Of a stretch of 64,000 bases of DNA, positions 21,159 to 29,418 are shown piece after piece; the stretch's first letter is position 1, and every line of letters starts with the position of its first letter. This DNA is from Patescibacteria group bacterium (GTDB taxonomy: Bacteria; Patescibacteriota; Minisyncoccia; Phycocordibacterales; UBA918): assembly GCA_039188945.1 (NCBI GenBank), contig JBCCYW010000003.1, positions 8,573 through 72,572 of the forward strand, read 5' to 3'. The translations under genes and the position numbers were made by a program. The notes below the pieces were generated by a model that was not told the origin of the DNA, ran no database searches, and worked only from the letters and a program-made list of their open reading frames with translations.

Positions 21159-22739
21159 TTACTTCAGAATCGACTTTACATCATTGATTTCTTTTTCTAT
21201 CAAGGTCTCTGATACTTCGAGTGCCTGGTTAAGTCCTTCGACCGCTTCTTTTTCACCTTTTGAGAGTCGTTTTCGTTTGGTGATACTGTTTACTTGGTCA
21301 TAAATTTCATCACGCAGGGCTGAGAATATCTTCTCCATTTGATCCTGAATTTCACGAGTTTCTTTTCTCAGTTTTTCTTCCCGAAGATGATTCTGTTTCT
21401 TCTCGTACCAGATGAATGCAATCAACATGATGATAATGAGCACGAGCACCATGATCAGGATGTTTACTGCGCTGAAGAATGCCCAGAAACTTGACTCTTC
21501 GTCCACCTCTTGCGGTGGCAGCCAGCCAGCTGTGATGAGCACTGGTACCGAACTCTCTGTCTCGTTACCAGCCTTGTCAGAAGCAACTACTCGTACCGTG
21601 TATGTACCATCTTCAAGTTCACCAAGCAGGTACCCGAGGCGTGCTTCGTCAGGAGTGATTTCAAAAGGTTCCTGGTCAGCAATTGTCATCTCATACACCT
21701 CGATACCTGATGTTTCATCGTTTGCCTCGAAGGTCAGAAGCGGGAATGACGAGGCAGTAGTACCGGCCTGTACATTGATCTCAAAGTCTTCTGGCGGTGT
21801 TGTGTCAATCTGAATCTTTCGATTAAGGACCGTTCCCCATCCAACTTGGTTGCGGAATTTGATACTCAAGTATTGAACTCCATCAGAGACCACATCACTG
21901 TTAATGATGAACTCTTCGATCGGCGGATCATAAACGGCATCCTCGTTCTCTTCGGGCTGATTTTCCGAAGACGTGGCAATTTCAACCGCAACTACATTTA
22001 CATCAAATGGTAGTGTCCAGCTGAAAATACCATCGGTTGTACTGTACCAAGTATCTGGATCAAGGAATTCTTGCGAACCAATTTCTGGTGCACGAGGCGG
22101 ATCACCAAAGGCGATGGCTGCGTTGTCTGCATCTGGCTCAGGTTCTGGTTCCGGAGTAGGAGTTGGGGTCGGGTCAGGTGTTGGTATCGGCGCACCACCA
22201 ACCGTAAACGTGGCGCCACTAGCATTCTCAAATACATCAGTACCAAGACCATCTGCTGCTAAAACTGACGCTGAGTTGAAGGTTACCGCGCCATCACCTT
22301 CACCAACCGCTCGCCACGTTACCGTGACTAGTGTGGAATCTGCGGTGAAAGGAGTTGGACTACCTCCCCCGAAGGTAATGGTCCCGGCTGAGTTTGAGAA
22401 TTCAGGTTCAGTTGTCCAAAGCGAGAACACCGAGCCATCTCGAGAGACACTCACTACCTGCAAAACAGCTGTATCAAATGAGAGATTTGCTTCAACAGCG
22501 TTCACGTTATCACCGCTTGGTAACACTCGAACGGTAGACGTAAATGTTTGACCATTATTGTACGTTCCGCTAGCAGGTGACACTGAGAGATCTGCCGCCT
22601 TGGCGGTAGTAGCACCAAGCACGAAAAAGGCTACGGCAACAACCGCTCCTAAGAACAAGGTATTCCGAATTAAACTGAAAAGTACAGACTGAAGAACAAA
22701 CATAGCTTCCCTCGGTGGATTACTCCGCTGCCGATACAT
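21159..22739 (-). CDS. Membrane-anchored cohesin-domain protein (cohesin, P/T/E linker, Ig-like domains, TM, cytoplasmic coiled coil)
   Basis: Signal-like N-terminus ending AKA; LSVSPASGTY..GQTF...VNAVEANLSFDTAVLQVVSV...ITFGGG cohesin-like pattern; PTPDPTPTPTPEPEPEP linker; IDTTPP and DGTYTVRVVASDKAGN Ig-like motifs; TM ILIMVLVLIIIMLIAFIW; charged helical tail. Confidence 0.8.
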   Translation of the reverse strand: MYRQRSNPPREAMFVLQSVLFSLIRNTLFLGAVVAVAFFVLGATTAKAADLSVSPASGTYNNGQTFTSTVRVLPSGDNVNAVEANLSFDTAVLQVVSVSRDGSVFSLWTTEPEFSNSAGTITFGGGSPTPFTADSTLVTVTWRAVGEGDGAVTFNSASVLAADGLGTDVFENASGATFTVGGAPIPTPDPTPTPTPEPEPEPDADNAAIAFGDPPRAPEIGSQEFLDPDTWYSTTDGIFSWTLPFDVNVVAVEIATSSENQPEENEDAVYDPPIEEFIINSDVVSDGVQYLSIKFRNQVGWGTVLNRKIQIDTTPPEDFEINVQAGTTASSFPLLTFEANDETSGIEVYEMTIADQEPFEITPDEARLGYLLGELEDGTYTVRVVASDKAGNETESSVPVLITAGWLPPQEVDEESSFWAFFSAVNILIMVLVLIIIMLIAFIWYEKKQNHLREEKLRKETREIQDQMEKIFSALRDEIYDQVNSITKRKRLSKGEKEAVEGLNQALEVSETLIEKEINDVKSILK

Positions 22740-22742
22740 CTA

Positions 22743-23210
22743 TTATGACATACGTCGGCGGCGTTTATCTTGAGTAATCTTCAGTTTTACTTTTTCTTTT
22801 TCTTCAGGTTTTAGAAGTGGTAGAACAAGGATCAAAACTCCATTTTTAATTTTTGCTTCAGCTTTCTCGATTTCAACACTCTCAGGCAAAATAATTCGTC
22901 GATAGAATTCTCCCCAAACACACTCTTCAGTAAAGAAAGCCCCGGCCGGCTTCTTTTTAGGAAACACGAGATACTCAGGGCGCAGACGCCGTCCTTCAAT
23001 CAGCACAATGTCCGCATCACCCTCAATTGAGACATGCACATCGTTTAGGTCGGCCCCAGCTGCTTGCGCGTAAATCACAATCATCTGTTCGGTTTGGTAG
23101 ACGTCAACATCAAGCTGCGCGATTTTATCAACCGCTGTTTCTTCTTCACTTGATTGCAGTGACGCGCCAGCGCGGACACCCCGACCTTTTAGTCTTTGCA
23201 GAAAGGACAT
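22743..23210 (-). CDS. Hsp20/alpha-crystallin small heat-shock protein
   Basis: LDVDVYQT...ECVWGEFYRRIILPESV..EKAEAKIKNGVLILVLP alpha-crystallin signature. Confidence 0.9.
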   Translation of the reverse strand: MSFLQRLKGRGVRAGASLQSSEEETAVDKIAQLDVDVYQTEQMIVIYAQAAGADLNDVHVSIEGDADIVLIEGRRLRPEYLVFPKKKPAGAFFTEECVWGEFYRRIILPESVEIEKAEAKIKNGVLILVLPLLKPEEKEKVKLKITQDKRRRRMS

Positions 23211-23265
23211 AGATAGCTAAATAATACCTTGTTGCTGTATAAATAAGGTGCGTTTTACCCACATC

Positions 23266-25194
23266 TTACCCAGTCCAATTAAAGAGCAGGATTGAGAAGT
23301 CGGTCAGTGTGACATTGCCATCACGATTGATGTCTGCCGGGGGATCAGAAGCACCACCATCAGTTCCCCACCAAAAAAGTAAAATTGAGAAGTCGATGAG
23401 ATTCACACTTCCGTCTCGGTTCAGGTCTGCATCCAGAGCGATTTCTGCTTCCTGACCAACTCCATAAAATGTGTAGCCTGAGAAGTCAGTTTCAATTGGG
23501 TCGTCATTAACGTCTGTTCCGTTGGCTCGAGCTCGTACTTTATACGTACCTCGTGCAAAGCCAGTGGTATCAACTTCAACCGACCAGCGGCCGCGGTTGT
23601 CAGATTCAGTGACCAGTGTTTCAAGTGACGCAGACGAACCGTCTTGTTCATTCTCGATTGTTACCGTAGCGTCAGGCAGGGTGTAACCACTGATCACAAC
23701 CAGATCACCAATCTCAGCTGGATCAGGTTCAACCAAAATAGATGGCATAACATTCACATTAGACAAACTCGAAGTTCGTGAACCAGTGACTGTAAATGAA
23801 GTACTGAAGGTTGATGAGCGAACATTCTCATCGTCAACACCATATACACCAAACGTATAAACACCCCGCGCAATTTCATCGATTGTCACACTGTACCGAC
23901 CATCGCTATCAGAGGTATCTGTTTCTGCGATATTGCCATCAACCAAGGCAACAATCGTACTAAACGGGAAAGCATACCCATTGATAATCACCCGTCCATC
24001 ACCACTTTCAAACGGTGCATCGGTACTTTCAAAACCACCACCTGATTCATCATCATCGTCGTCACCAGAGCTACCGCCACCACCGCCACCAGAACCGCCA
24101 GTACCAGCATCACCACCTTCTGCGGGAGTTTCACCGCTGGAGTTACCGGTTGTACCGCCTGAGCCGCTACCGTCTCCTGTGCCTTCATTGCCTGAGCCGC
24201 TACCGTCTCCCGAAACATCTCCTTCTTCGTTCGCCGTACCCGTTGGAATATCGTTTACCGTGAACTGAATCACATAATCGTCAGTATTGAAGTTACCTTC
24301 ATCATCGATACATCGTACGTAGAAGGTGTTCACACTATTTGGCACAATTGCCACCACTTCTGAATGAAAAATTAAACCGGTTGTATCAAAGACATTCGCA
24401 GCTGACGATCCATACGCCACACCAGAGCTGGCAGAAAATTGACACACCGCCAACTCGTCAGTTTCTAAACTGATTTCTACGTTGAGTGTTGTACCACCCA
24501 CAGTTGTGGTCGGGGCACCATTAAAGCGGAACGGTGGCACTGTCTCAGTAGTATCAAGAGACGGCACATTTACCTCTTCAATGAGATACAGAACTGGATT
24601 TGCATTAGCGACTAATCCCCCGTCATAGATTTCAAGGGTCATATCATTGCGACCTAGTGACGGGCCATTTTCAATTGGCTCAATATCTGCGGCAGTCGTG
24701 GTGGTTCCGGTTGAGCTACTGAAATTAATGCTGAAAACATTAGATTTCGATGTGTGATTACCAATTAAAATCTGCACCTGATCCCCTTGACTAAGGCCGG
24801 TAGACGAATTGAGTGTGTATTCAATTAATCCGGGACTACCAGTAGTTATGGTCACACCGTCAAAGGTTGCGTCTGGAGATGATGAAGAGAGGCGAGGTGT
24901 ACCATTGACCACCATCTCGACATTTCTCACGTCACTAAATGTCGACGTTGCTAGAATAGTGAAACCAGTTGGTGGTGTAATATCAATTCTGGCCCCCGGA
25001 GACACAGCAATGTTTGTGGTAAAACCAATCGTATGGTTTGCAGGATCACCAGGCGTCGAGTCAGACAACGTATCGCTATACGTCAAGATATTGTTGTTGG
25101 TCGCACTTGCACTCTGTGGCGCAATAACAAACAAACTCAGTACAAAAAAACTGATCAGCACAAAATGTTCTAGCTGAGCTAGTTTGCTATACAT
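23266..25194 (-). CDS. Secreted protein with Gly/Ser/Asp linker, Ig-like domains and a C-terminal type I dockerin
   Basis: Duplicated Ca-binding repeat ADLNRDGSVNLIDFSILL / ADINRDGNVTLTDFSILL at the C-terminus; signal peptide ending ASA; start uncertain (25194 or 25245). Confidence 0.85.
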   Translation of the reverse strand: MYSKLAQLEHFVLISFFVLSLFVIAPQSASATNNNILTYSDTLSDSTPGDPANHTIGFTTNIAVSPGARIDITPPTGFTILATSTFSDVRNVEMVVNGTPRLSSSSPDATFDGVTITTGSPGLIEYTLNSSTGLSQGDQVQILIGNHTSKSNVFSINFSSSTGTTTTAADIEPIENGPSLGRNDMTLEIYDGGLVANANPVLYLIEEVNVPSLDTTETVPPFRFNGAPTTTVGGTTLNVEISLETDELAVCQFSASSGVAYGSSAANVFDTTGLIFHSEVVAIVPNSVNTFYVRCIDDEGNFNTDDYVIQFTVNDIPTGTANEEGDVSGDGSGSGNEGTGDGSGSGGTTGNSSGETPAEGGDAGTGGSGGGGGGSSGDDDDDESGGGFESTDAPFESGDGRVIINGYAFPFSTIVALVDGNIAETDTSDSDGRYSVTIDEIARGVYTFGVYGVDDENVRSSTFSTSFTVTGSRTSSLSNVNVMPSILVEPDPAEIGDLVVISGYTLPDATVTIENEQDGSSASLETLVTESDNRGRWSVEVDTTGFARGTYKVRARANGTDVNDDPIETDFSGYTFYGVGQEAEIALDADLNRDGSVNLIDFSILLFWWGTDGGASDPPADINRDGNVTLTDFSILLFNWTG

Positions 25195-25248
25195 ATATAT
25201 GTATAGTTTACCGTGTGCAACTAGTACAAATGACGCTTCGTACACAGG

Positions 25249-26052
25249 CTACTGCACGCAGCGAAAACCAACTGCTGTACCCGAGAAACTCGCCTTTGTC
25301 TGCATATGTGAGGTATAGATACCGGCGTCTCGCTGACTGCCATAAAATCCTCCTTTCATAATTCCGTACGTACCCGTGTTGTCAGACCAAAAGTAGTCTC
25401 CAGCAAACAGCTCACCAGGAGTTTCTGTAGTAGCTACAGCAATTCCTTCACTATCAACCTCACTAACATAGCCCTCTTCAGGTAAAGCTCTATTTTTATA
25501 TTGTCCAGCGATCACATCACCGCTGACCCACTCCCAGACATTTCCAACCATATCTGACACACCGCTGGGAGTTCGACAGTTTTCATACTCTCCAGTCTCA
25601 CGAAGTTCTCGACTACCCACATTACACTCTTGATCTGAGTTTATGAGGGCTTGTGCTACTACGTACCATTCAGACGCAGCTGGCAAGCGAGCTTCGCGAC
25701 GAGCACAGATAGCACTGGCTTGATCTCGGGTGACGTGGCGCCAGGGTAAAACACCCGGCTCAGATCGTCCGGAGCAAGTCTGCATTTGGAGATTCTGTTG
25801 TGTCTCATTGCTTGTGGCTGGATGAGCATATAAACAATCTCCTCCAGCACTTACCTCAAATTGATCGATACACGAAAAAGTAATCCCTGCTGCGACAGCG
25901 ACCATACCATCTGGACAAGCTGTTGCGTCTGTCGCGATGAGTTGTCCAAGTAACGTAGACTTCGAACCTCGCAATGTATCGGTGGCATCAATACCAAAAG
26001 CCGTTATCACAACCGCTCCTACCACTACTGCTATACCTTTTACCCATTTCAT
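25249..26052 (-). CDS. FGE-sulfatase (SUMF1/C-type-lectin fold) domain protein, N-terminal membrane anchor, paralog 3
   Basis: CPDGMV...CIDQFEV...RLPAASEW...DMVGNVWEWV...GG...GFRC. Confidence 0.88.
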   Translation of the reverse strand: MKWVKGIAVVVGAVVITAFGIDATDTLRGSKSTLLGQLIATDATACPDGMVAVAAGITFSCIDQFEVSAGGDCLYAHPATSNETQQNLQMQTCSGRSEPGVLPWRHVTRDQASAICARREARLPAASEWYVVAQALINSDQECNVGSRELRETGEYENCRTPSGVSDMVGNVWEWVSGDVIAGQYKNRALPEEGYVSEVDSEGIAVATTETPGELFAGDYFWSDNTGTYGIMKGGFYGSQRDAGIYTSHMQTKASFSGTAVGFRCVQ

Positions 26053-26053
26053 A

Positions 26054-26878
26054 TTACTGACTTATCGCACAACGAAAACCAATCGCTTCTCCAGCAAAAC
26101 TAGGATCAATATGAGCGTGTGTAGTAAACACCCCAGCATCTTCCCGGCTGCCATAAAATCCACCGCGCATGACGACATATCTACCTGAATCATCAGGCGA
26201 CCAAAAATAATCATCACCAAATAATTCACTCGGTGATGCGCTGGTGGTGTCAGCCAAGCCATTGCCTGACACCGATGTCACATATCCTTCTTCTGGTAGC
26301 TCGCGCTGCGCAACTGAACCTTCGACAACCTCAGCATCGACCCACTCCCAGACATTGCCGACCATATCAAACGCCTCAACTCCAGATACGCATGCTGACC
26401 ATGTCCCAGTCTCGGTCTTCGTACCGGCGATGTTACATGCACCTCCGGTATCTGGCGTTGCCTGACTAGCCACATACCATTCACGTAAAGTAGGTAACCG
26501 TTTACCAGCTTTCCGGCACAAGGCTTCAGCTTGATGCTTTGCCACGTTAGTCCATGGTTGCACGTCTGGTTCTGATACCGGTTCACAACTGCCAGAGTTA
26601 AGGTTCTCGGTAGTTGCGGCAGCACTTCTTGGTAGCGAGGTTGGACAAGAACGATCTGGGCTCACTTCATACTGATCGATACAAAACGAAGCGGCACCAT
26701 CGTCAACAAATACCATACCTTCCGGGCAACTCTGGCGAGATGCGCGATCAGCTAGTATGCCAAGAGCCGACTGTGATCCGCGAAGCAGGTCTGTAGCGTC
26801 AATCGTAAAACTTGTGAGTGCAATAATACCCACACCAACAAAAATAAACCTCGCCCCTCCAATGACGAAACGCTTCAT
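26054..26878 (-). CDS. FGE-sulfatase domain protein, paralog 2
   Basis: CPEGMV...FCIDQYEV...GKRLPTLREW...DMVGNVWEWV...RGG...GFRC. Confidence 0.88.
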   Translation of the reverse strand: MKRFVIGGARFIFVGVGIIALTSFTIDATDLLRGSQSALGILADRASRQSCPEGMVFVDDGAASFCIDQYEVSPDRSCPTSLPRSAAATTENLNSGSCEPVSEPDVQPWTNVAKHQAEALCRKAGKRLPTLREWYVASQATPDTGGACNIAGTKTETGTWSACVSGVEAFDMVGNVWEWVDAEVVEGSVAQRELPEEGYVTSVSGNGLADTTSASPSELFGDDYFWSPDDSGRYVVMRGGFYGSREDAGVFTTHAHIDPSFAGEAIGFRCAISQ

Positions 26879-26905
26879 TCTCTACAGTATACGACCGGGC
26901 TAGGG

Positions 26906-27730
26906 TTACAGGACAATGTCTTGTACACACCGGAAGCCGATACCATTAGTCTTAAGCGTAGGCGCCACTGAGTAATTTTGAGAAAAAATACCAGCATCAC
27001 TACCCGCCCCATAAAAACCACCGCGTAACACCCCACGAACTCCTTCTCTGTTTACCCATGCATAATCATCGCCAAACTCAGGAACCGGCGTCGGTGAAGT
27101 AGAAGCAACCACTCCGTACTGATCAACCATTGCCACAAAGCCTGGTTCGGGAAGTGTTATCTCTTCACGAACGACACCCTCACGGACAGTCTCATTCGTC
27201 CACTCCCAAACATTTCCAACTAAGTCATAGACTCCTGACTGACTAGAGCAACGACCAGTTCCGGTCATTTCAGGATTAGAACCACTGTCAACCACACAAT
27301 CAGACTGCTCTGTAAGTCCAAGCGCTGTTCGATACCATTCTTCTGAGCTGGGCAAACGTTTGCCAACTCTGGCACATAACTGCTCTGCTTGGGTTTGACT
27401 CACAAACCGCCACGGCATAGCTTCGGCTTCTGAAACAGGCTCACAGCTTACTTCGTCAATATTCTGTCTACTCAATTGCTCATTACGGCTATCACGCTGA
27501 GGACAAGCTGACCCTGGAGAAGATTCATATTGATCAAAACAAACCGCGTGTGTACCGAACACCATACGCACGGTACCGACAGGACAAACGTTAACTCCCT
27601 CACTGACTAAGCCACGCAATAAACTTGAGTTGCCCTGAAACACATCTGCCGCTTGCAAACCAAGGGTTGAGATCACTACCGCTGCTCCACCAACCAGGAG
27701 GGTTTTAGGTAGCCTGCGAACGTTGCTCAT
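26906..27730 (-). CDS. FGE-sulfatase domain protein, paralog 1
   Basis: CPVG...CFDQYE...GKRLPSSEEW...DLVGNVWEW...RGG...GFRC; start set to ATG 27730 (MSNVRR) to match paralog length (274 aa). Confidence 0.87.
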   Translation of the reverse strand: MSNVRRLPKTLLVGGAAVVISTLGLQAADVFQGNSSLLRGLVSEGVNVCPVGTVRMVFGTHAVCFDQYESSPGSACPQRDSRNEQLSRQNIDEVSCEPVSEAEAMPWRFVSQTQAEQLCARVGKRLPSSEEWYRTALGLTEQSDCVVDSGSNPEMTGTGRCSSQSGVYDLVGNVWEWTNETVREGVVREEITLPEPGFVAMVDQYGVVASTSPTPVPEFGDDYAWVNREGVRGVLRGGFYGAGSDAGIFSQNYSVAPTLKTNGIGFRCVQDIVL

Positions 27731-28127
27731 ACCGAAGCTGTTCTCGACCACGTACGTAGTCGAGAATATAATTAAGCACAATTAGTACCAATAGGATAAA
27801 GAGGATGGTGCTTAGTACGTACGTTGAAATATCGATATCTTGAGTTGTACCAGTTTGCGTCGATAGATTTATGGCAATTTCTCGGTCGGCTACTGCTGCC
27901 TCGCGCTCATCCAGTTCGCGTTCTCGCTCAGTAATTGCAGCGGTCATTTGGTTAAGTTCAGTTGGCGCCACACCAACACTCACACCAACCGCGGCGCCTA
28001 AATAATTTTGGGTTGATTGTGACAACTGGCTAGTTGTTGTTGATAACAAGCCACTATCAAAGACAAGAATGAAAGCAGTAACAACAGCGGCTACCCGAAG
28101 TAAGACATGGTAAAACGGTACATTCAT
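27705..28127 (-). CDS. Small membrane protein (TM, coiled coil, TM)
   Basis: Two hydrophobic segments flanking TELNQMTAAITERERELDEREAAVADREI; TATAGT box 6 nt before ATG 28127. Confidence 0.75.
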   Translation of the reverse strand: MNVPFYHVLLRVAAVVTAFILVFDSGLLSTTTSQLSQSTQNYLGAAVGVSVGVAPTELNQMTAAITERERELDEREAAVADREIAINLSTQTGTTQDIDISTYVLSTILFILLVLIVLNYILDYVRGREQLRYEQRSQAT

Positions 28128-28157
28128 AGGTCCACTATAGCACAAGCACGTACTGTG

Positions 28158-29228
28158 CTACGCAAAGAGCAGTAGCAAAACAATCAGGAAGAGAGCCGTG
28201 ACAACCAGCATCACAATCATGACCATAAAGAGTGTTGATGTGCCGCGAGACTGGCGACGCCGCACTAATCGGCGACCGCCACCATACGCAGCCAAGGTTC
28301 GGCGGATGTAGGCCCGAACTCCAAAGTACGTAGCGAGCAGTAACACCGCAAGCACCCCGAGAGCTGGACCAATAATATCCATTGGCAAAATCCAGAAAGA
28401 GACAGTACTGAATATCGTTGATTTTCGTCCGTCCGCTCCGTACGTCAGACTAACTACAGCATTGTACCGACCAAAACCAGGACCTTCATCTTCCCAACTA
28501 ACAACAAAATCTCGATCAGTTCCTGGGAATACTCCCCCTTCAGATTCATTTAGGGTTAGTAAGGCAACCCGTTCACCGAACATATTGAACACCTCAAGCG
28601 GACCAAATGGTCGAACCAGGACGTTTCCAGCATTCCTAATCGTAGCCGTAAATGCAACATCAGTTGAACCATAGATATAATTGTCAGTTGAGAACGAGCG
28701 TAGCTGAGCACTCTCAACCGCATCCCCCGCAACACGGATACTCACAATATTAGCCACTTCATACCCAACTGCAGCACCGACCGTTCGAAGTCGAGGTGGA
28801 TCAACCGAAACAAACACTCCACCGAAGTGACTTCCAGGAGAGGCGTCTTCAGGGACACGCAACGTAAACGAGACCTCTTGTTCACTACTGGCGCCAAGGG
28901 TTATTTCTTCAGTGGATAGTTCAATCCACTCGGACAGTTCAAAGCCAGTTTTTTCAGTATTTTCATTTGCGAACACTGGTACACCACCATCGCGAACACC
29001 AATGATATCACGCTTAAACAGGTAGATAGTTTGTTCGACGTCAGCCAAGTTACTCACCGTAACGGTATACTGCTTTTCTTCACCCGGCACTGCCGGTTCC
29101 TCAATCGTGGCGGGCTTAATACCAATACCTGCTGAACCCTGCGCCAATGCAGATTCTGCCGTAAATAACCCCATCACTGCTAGTGACAGAGCAATAAGAA
29201 AAGTCGTTCGCTTCATTCCGAGTAACAT
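28158..29228 (-). CDS. DUF916/WxL-interacting-like protein: signal peptide, two beta-sandwich domains, C-terminal TM pair
   Basis: LSEWIEL....ITL......VSFTLRVPEDASPGSHFGGV; NAGNVLVRPFG; GFGRYNAVVSLTYG; TM-RRRQ-TM tail. Architecture resembles CscA (DUF916+DUF3324+TM). Confidence 0.7.
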   Translation of the reverse strand: MLLGMKRTTFLIALSLAVMGLFTAESALAQGSAGIGIKPATIEEPAVPGEEKQYTVTVSNLADVEQTIYLFKRDIIGVRDGGVPVFANENTEKTGFELSEWIELSTEEITLGASSEQEVSFTLRVPEDASPGSHFGGVFVSVDPPRLRTVGAAVGYEVANIVSIRVAGDAVESAQLRSFSTDNYIYGSTDVAFTATIRNAGNVLVRPFGPLEVFNMFGERVALLTLNESEGGVFPGTDRDFVVSWEDEGPGFGRYNAVVSLTYGADGRKSTIFSTVSFWILPMDIIGPALGVLAVLLLATYFGVRAYIRRTLAAYGGGRRLVRRRQSRGTSTLFMVMIVMLVVTALFLIVLLLLFA

Positions 29229-29360
29229 ATAGACTAACGAATATCCCTCTATGGTATCACTACTTGAGAGAACACTCTAAAGAATCTTTGTATAACTTAA
29301 AATCCATACATCTCAAGTGAGTTAACGCATAAAATACCCGCGAGCATACCTATATACGTA

Positions 29361-29393
29361 TAAGAAAAACCTCCCAGGAGGAGGTTTTTCTTA
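29361..29393 (-). terminator. Intrinsic terminator after the 376-aa gene
   Basis: TAAGAAAAACCTCC-CAGGA-GGAGGTTTTTCTTA, 14-bp inverted repeat with A/T tracts. Confidence 0.8.
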
Positions 29394-29418
29394 GCTCTAC
29401 GTTTGCAGGGTTGATCAC

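Noticed and set aside
25249-27730. Diversity-generating retroelement targeting the FGE genes
   Set aside because: No reverse transcriptase, no avd and no near-identical TR/VR pair differing at adenines seen in the window; a remote DGR cannot be excluded
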